DNA of 63,283 nt, filler included, from Globobulimina sp. (lineage: Eukaryota), in NCBI GenBank assembly GCA_003354225.1. It is 33 parts of 33 records of this genome, joined end to end, with 100 filler letters (N's around TTAATTAATTAA, not from the genome) between each part and the next. Parts side by side here need not be neighbours in the genome. Positions count along the whole stretch, not along the records: positions 57,626 to 59,445 come from PIVH01011566.1; positions 59,546 to 61,364 come from PIVH01011567.1; positions 61,465 to 63,283 come from PIVH01011568.1; 30 more parts are not named here. One strand, 5' to 3'. This document shows positions 58,122-63,283 of the stretch, one piece after another. The translations under genes were made by a program, and so were the position numbers. The notes under the pieces are model-generated. The model saw only the letters and a program-made list of their open reading frames with translations. It searched no databases and was not told where the DNA came from. Positions within the stretch are counted from its first letter, which is position 1; each line of letters begins with the position of its first letter.

Positions 58122-59198
58122 TCATTCTTGTGCGATGCTGCTCGAACACAGCATGTCGACATATTTTAGTTTCGGTCTGTAATGTTCGCGATGGCCTTGT
58201 TTGCCAATCAAAAACCAGGGATGCTTCAATATTTCCTGGCAAGTCGGCCGGCTCTGCGCCTCATACCTCGTCATCCACAAAATCAAGTCCCTCGCCTCGG
58301 GGCTCAAACGCTCGAAATCGGTCCACCAGCTCGGCCGGTCCCTGCTCCACGGATTCATTTTGTTCAACCGGTCATAGCCTCGCTTCAACGCATCCAAACT
58401 CGTATACTCACTGAACAGCAAGCGGCCGGGCACCAACATGGAGAACATCACAATGCCCAACGACCAGATGTCGATCTTCTCGCTGCACTTCGTGCCCTCC
58501 CGAAACAGCTCCGGTGCCACGTGTCCCGCCGTGCCCACTCGAGCCATCCCGTTGGAAAACAGCTTCTCGGCGATCCTGGTCACGCCGTGCGACGAATGCC
58601 CGAAGTCCGTCAACTTGGCCTTGATGTAGACGCCGCCGCGCCGGTTACTATGGTCCGTCACATAAATATACAGCAAAATGTTCAATGACTTCAAGTCGCA
58701 GTGCAAGTATTGAGCGCCGTGCATCTGATCCAGGCCCTGCACCACGTTGCTAATCACCATCTTGCTGAAATGCTCGCGCACCGCCGGTTTGTCCAAGTTC
58801 CAGCCATGCCGCGTACTGCCGCGCCCCACGAAGAAATTGTAGACGTCGGCCTGCGCCAACTCCAGAATGCTGATCAAAGTGCGCTCGGACTCCAACACAT
58901 CGTATAACTCCGTCACGTTTTCGCAGTCTTGCAAGGCGCGCAAGATCACGATTTCCCGCGCAAACGCCGGCGTATTGGGCACGATTTTGGCGGCCAGCGT
59001 TTCCACGCACGGCTCACCGACGCCGTTCTCCGCCGCTTTCTCCTTATCCTTTTCCGGCGACTTGTCTTTGCCGTCCATGGTGTCCATGTTCTTCTTGTTC
59101 TTGGTCTTGAGGTTGTTGCTGGAGACTGCCGTGCTGTCCGTCGGAGTCGATGGCAGCGGGTATTTGTAGCAATAATGGATGTGTCCGTTCATGCCCAT
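58122..59198 (-). CDS. Ser/Thr protein kinase (GC-rich coding region)
   Basis: AAK, REI, HCDLKSLNILL, DFG, GTAGHVAPE, DIWSLG, RPT..EILKHPW. Confidence 0.92.
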   Translation of the reverse strand: MGMNGHIHYCYKYPLPSTPTDSTAVSSNNLKTKNKKNMDTMDGKDKSPEKDKEKAAENGVGEPCVETLAAKIVPNTPAFAREIVILRALQDCENVTELYDVLESERTLISILELAQADVYNFFVGRGSTRHGWNLDKPAVREHFSKMVISNVVQGLDQMHGAQYLHCDLKSLNILLYIYVTDHSNRRGGVYIKAKLTDFGHSSHGVTRIAEKLFSNGMARVGTAGHVAPELFREGTKCSEKIDIWSLGIVMFSMLVPGRLLFSEYTSLDALKRGYDRLNKMNPWSRDRPSWWTDFERLSPEARDLILWMTRYEAQSRPTCQEILKHPWFLIGKQGHREHYRPKLKYVDMLCSSSIAQE

Positions 59199-59545
59199 AT
59201 GGATGGGCGGAGACCCAAAGGATCTCCCTAAATATTAGCTATTTTTCATACTGCCTAAATTAATTGCCTGATTCATTACAATGGGATGCGATACAGCAAT
59301 GCCTGCTATTTCTGCAGTATGACCACTATTATATGTTAACTGACCATCTATATGCATATAATAACAAGAAAGATAGACAAAAAAATGAAAATATGAAACT
59401 GATTGAGTCAAATTGGAAGATTAAATTTGTTAAAAGCGATGAGGANNNNNNNNNNNNNNNNNNNNNNNNNNNNNNNNNNNNNNNNNNNNTTAATTAATTA
59501 ANNNNNNNNNNNNNNNNNNNNNNNNNNNNNNNNNNNNNNNNNNNN

Positions 59546-59797
59546 GCCTTTAACAAATATTGGCTGGTAAATGAAGGAATGTTTACAAACTTCACATTTG
59601 GCTGATTTGTTATGTTTGAGCCAGGTATTTAAGCATTTCTCGTGAATGTATCTTATGGAACCTTTACATAAACATGGATGGAACAACGGTTCCGTTTTGT
59701 TGTGTCCTTCATGACAGATTCTACACACTGCGTCTGATTCAATTGTTGTTGATAGCTCTATTTCTATTTCGATTTCTGGTGGCTGTGAGGATGACAT
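59546..59797 (-). CDS. RING-CH (MARCH6/Doa10-like) E3 ligase N-terminus
   Basis: CRICH...PLFHPCLCKGSIRYIHEKCL..W....CEVCK. Confidence 0.88.
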
Positions 59798-59897
59798 GTT
59801 TGGTAAGGTCACTGAAAAACTTTGCTTGCTTTTTTGTTTACATACTTCATCACTGAGTAATATTGCATACTGATTCAGAGAATTTCCACCCAATCAC

Positions 59898-61211
59898 ATG
59901 ATAAAATGGTCATTACTTTTACGTGTTGAGAAAGTAAAAGATTCAGAAGATGCTAAATCAGGTGATCTTATTCCGATGGTAAATGTAGCTATTATTAATA
60001 CCAAACTCGCAGAATTCGTTGCCGGTGCAGATGAGTGGTTTACTGATCGATTAACATGGTACCAAAATGTAAATGATTATGTCGAAAACTTAAGGGGTGT
60101 TAGGACTGTTTTGTGCGAGGAGTCCGTGGAAGTTCAATGGATATCAGATGCAGAAGGAACAAATGAAAGCCAAATTGATGAATTCACAACCCAACTAAAT
60201 GAAGTTAACCCCATATTTATTGATATTATCGATGATGAATATATCATTGGATTGGAAGTGAAATCAGTGCATGGAAAAATAATCAAAGCGGATATTATGA
60301 AAATAGCAATGCCTAAAAGTGACGGTCCAATGTACGATACTATACAGGAACAGAGGGAAAAGGTAAATAAACGTATAACATCTATGAAAAGCACACAAAA
60401 AGAATTGAATAACAATCGTCAAGTTTGTGAGCAGCGCATTAATGATGGTTTCAAAGATATTGTAAAGAGCGCTAATAAACGGCGAGCGGAATTATTAACA
60501 GAATTAGAAACCATTACTAATAATACACGCAGTAAATTGAATGAATCCGTCAAACAATTAAATGAATTTTATAAGAAAACAGAAGGTACGCCATCAACCG
60601 TGGATGCTGTACAATTCACCGAAATATTTGCAGAGTCCAGAAAATTATTAAACAAACATAAGGATGTCAATATTATATATAAGGCGAATAATAGTTATAT
60701 TAAGAATGAAATATCAAGAATTGCATTGTTTGCTAATGTGAATGTATTAAGTTTGAGCCAGGTAAAAAAAGAAGAAGAAAAATCAGAAAAAATAAGTTCA
60801 GATCAGAAAGAAGAAGAAAAATCAGCACCAGTAATGAAATTATTTTGTGCACTCTGTGTAGAATCGCGACCTCTCCGCTGGCCTCTGGTTATTGGACGTA
60901 TGAATGGAGATGAACATAGTTATGCGAAGGAATTAAAACAATTCATTAAGGAAAACGGCAATAAATACAAGAGAGAGAAGGGAAAATCTGGTAGTATTGC
61001 GGGCAAAGCTTTGCAGATCGAAAAACCCAACCAAACAAAAAAGGGAAAATGTACTGATTGTACTCACGTTGCTGGATTTGGGAAGGTATATTGTCAACAT
61101 TGTGGTAAAGATGTGACTGATAAATTTGATCCGAGAACATGGAAATGTCCTAAGTGTAATGTGAAATTACATGGAGCTATTTCTTCAGCGCGGTGTATAA
61201 AAGTTCATTGA
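59898..61211 (+). CDS. Coiled-coil (TRIM BBC-like) protein with Cys-rich C-terminus, possibly composite
   Basis: INDGFKDIV...KRRAELLTEL coiled coil and C-terminal CxxC pairs. Confidence 0.45.
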   Translation: MIKWSLLLRVEKVKDSEDAKSGDLIPMVNVAIINTKLAEFVAGADEWFTDRLTWYQNVNDYVENLRGVRTVLCEESVEVQWISDAEGTNESQIDEFTTQLNEVNPIFIDIIDDEYIIGLEVKSVHGKIIKADIMKIAMPKSDGPMYDTIQEQREKVNKRITSMKSTQKELNNNRQVCEQRINDGFKDIVKSANKRRAELLTELETITNNTRSKLNESVKQLNEFYKKTEGTPSTVDAVQFTEIFAESRKLLNKHKDVNIIYKANNSYIKNEISRIALFANVNVLSLSQVKKEEEKSEKISSDQKEEEKSAPVMKLFCALCVESRPLRWPLVIGRMNGDEHSYAKELKQFIKENGNKYKREKGKSGSIAGKALQIEKPNQTKKGKCTDCTHVAGFGKVYCQHCGKDVTDKFDPRTWKCPKCNVKLHGAISSARCIKVH

Positions 61212-61464
61212 TTGTGATAACTTGGGTTTTATATTGTTTTTTATATTCAGTATTTAAATTACTTTAACTGGAATTTTATGTGTTTAGAATATCGCATTTA
61301 TACATCCATATGAAGTCATTTGGTTTATGAATTGTTTTCTCTGCATAGTTGGAACTGCAGTGAANNNNNNNNNNNNNNNNNNNNNNNNNNNNNNNNNNNN
61401 NNNNNNNNTTAATTAATTAANNNNNNNNNNNNNNNNNNNNNNNNNNNNNNNNNNNNNNNNNNNN

Positions 61465-61777
61465 CATGCGGTGGTATTATATGATGGTGGCTGGTATTTG
61501 ATGGGTCGTTTTGTTGCGACCCGGGAGGTGATTCGGTTATGATATCAATTAGTTGCTTTTTATCAGATTCTATTGGTTCGATGTATGGGAAACCATTGCT
61601 GAGATCGAGACGTTTTGTGCTTTTTTGTATGTCTTTGGATAAATGGTGAAATGCGTCTTGTGCGCTGGCTTCTGGTGTATTGTATGGTAATGTTGTCGTT
61701 GGTGTTGGTGTATATGGATATGCCGGTGTCATTACCCCATTATAATGGGTTGTATCTGTTTTTGAAGTTGAAGACAT
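61465..61777 (-). CDS. Hypothetical protein N-terminus (P/T-rich)
   Basis: ORF open to the contig edge. Confidence 0.35.
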
Positions 61778-61929
61778 GCTTAGTGTCAGAGTGTAGTAGC
61801 TATAGCAAAAAAACTGTTGTGTTTTATTATATTGATAATATTTATTTAAACAATCCACTCAAGTAATTCTACACTAGTTACACTAAATATATACCAATCA
61901 GTTAAAACAATTTTGTACAGTTTCTTGAT

Positions 61930-62613
61930 TTACGTGTTGGTGGTTTCAAGATCTTTATTTGTTGCTGTTTTGCTTAGAAAATTCGAACGATAATGATTGG
62001 ATATAAACAATCCAGATTGAATTGCTTCTAATTTATCCTCAAGTGTCACTTCTTGCGTATCCAGAAATGTTAGTTTCGATAAATTATATGTTATCAGCAG
62101 TCGATATGCTTTGTGTAAGTGTTCACTCTTTGAATCAAATGATGGACAGAATGGATTAAACATTAATGATAAATATTCTACATCCGGACACTGTATTTTT
62201 TATAAATTATGCTCAATGTATATATAAATAATATAACATACAGTATGTTTAATTCGTACCTGTCTTCTTATGGTCAATAGCAACGATTCGAGATTAGTCA
62301 AATTATTATTATTTAACCATAACGTTTTTAATTGTGGTAAGCGTGGAATATCATCAATATTTTTTAAACCATTACCATCAATCTGCAAAACATTCAGATT
62401 CTCGAGCTCAAAATATATCAAAGTTTTTAATGAAATCAATTGGTTTTGAGACAATATTAATTTGTTGATTGCCATTCCTTGCTGTTGTGCAATGGATAAT
62501 GGTATTTCTTTTAGATTTTGTGCAGATAAATTAAGTGAATCAAAATCGTTTTCTTGTTCAGTTTCTGATTCTATGTCAAGCTCAGCATTTAAATTTTTAT
62601 ATTCCGTTTCCAT
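61930..62613 (-). CDS. LRMDA-like LRR protein (intron 62259-62191)
   Basis: LRRs, LKTLWLNNN, spliced Q|CPDVEYLSLMFNPFCP, and LRR-cap YRLLI..L.KLTFLD...V. Confidence 0.85.
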
Positions 62614-62919
62614 CAATTAAATTTTTGTATGTACATGGTCTGGATCTAAAACCTTTTAACGATGCAAATACATAATCATGAGCTAGTCTGATTTCATGAT
62701 CAAGTAAAGATTGGTTCATCACATTTATCTGCTTCTAATTGTATGGCGTATATTACATTTCCTTCAATTCCGGTTATTGTTAAAATCATATATTACATTT
62801 CCTATATTACATTTAGATTTTTAAAATCATCCTCAAATTCAAGCATTTTTTCAAAATCCACATTTCAAGTCAAGTTGGACCATCCTTTCGTCACCGTCAA
62901 CAACCAACAGTCAACGCAC

Positions 62920-63030
62920 ATGACGTCAAGCGAGGAATCAACGTCAAGCGATGAATCAACATCAACCTCAAGCGATGGATCAACCTCAACCTCAAGCGAT
63001 GGATCAAGCGATGCAGTATCAAGCGATGAA
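62920..63030 (+). repeat. Short degenerate tandem repeats with core TCAAGCGA(T/G)G
   Basis: About six recurrences with variable CAACCT spacing; probably coding low complexity. Confidence 0.6.
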
Positions 63031-63283
63031 ACCGAGTCTTATGAATTTGAAAGCGATGACTTCGTTGGGCCCAAACCCATACAAAGAAAGCTACAGAAAG
63101 CAACACAAATATATTCTATACAGAAAGCAACAGACAAAGAAGATGAAGCAAAGCAATTACCATTCGCATTAAACAAAGATTTAATCAAATTAGGTGTGAA
63201 TATGGAGGATTATAAAGATATCCATCCATTATTTGATGAAAGCAACGTAAATAATAAAAGTTATTGTGTACAACGTTTGCAAT

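Noticed and set aside
58182-59231. Multiple plus-strand ORFs over the kinase
   Set aside because: They are antisense shadows of a GC-rich coding region.
1823-61464. Regularly spaced TTAATTAATTAA as a biological repeat or CRISPR-like array
   Set aside because: It is always embedded in 44+44 Ns at fixed length between size-sorted contigs, so it is an artificial linker. ORFs ending in X..LIN or X..N are linker artefacts.

Overview
This is not a contiguous locus. It is 33 unrelated contigs of about 1.82 kb, sorted by decreasing length (1822 to 1819 bp) and joined by 32 artificial 100-bp linkers (N44-TTAATTAATTAA-N44), so neighbourhood across linkers is meaningless. Most contigs come from an AT-rich eukaryote with short (about 50-150 nt) GT-AG introns. 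Its gene families look foraminiferan/rhizarian, which is an inference. Mixed in are bacterial pieces (group II intron 5' end, VPLPA-CTERM remnant, response-regulator tail, parC fragment, peptidase N-terminus), one giant-virus-like contig (cupredoxin, GIY-YIG nuclease, FEN1, AAAATTGA promoters) and probably metazoan repeat/Polinton DNA. At least two contigs are chimeras joined through about 20-nt shared words. The best candidate for an undescribed system is an ammonium transporter (Amt) spliced in frame to a C-terminal RGS domain, a possible ammonium transceptor for heterotrimeric G proteins. Other leads are a RAG1/Transib-like transposase, an eIF4E-fold protein that lacks cap-binding residues but carries its own YxxxxLL motif, a virus-like cupredoxin with a degenerate copper site, and an FNT channel with an in-frame TGA. 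All family calls are by motif recognition; no database searches were run.
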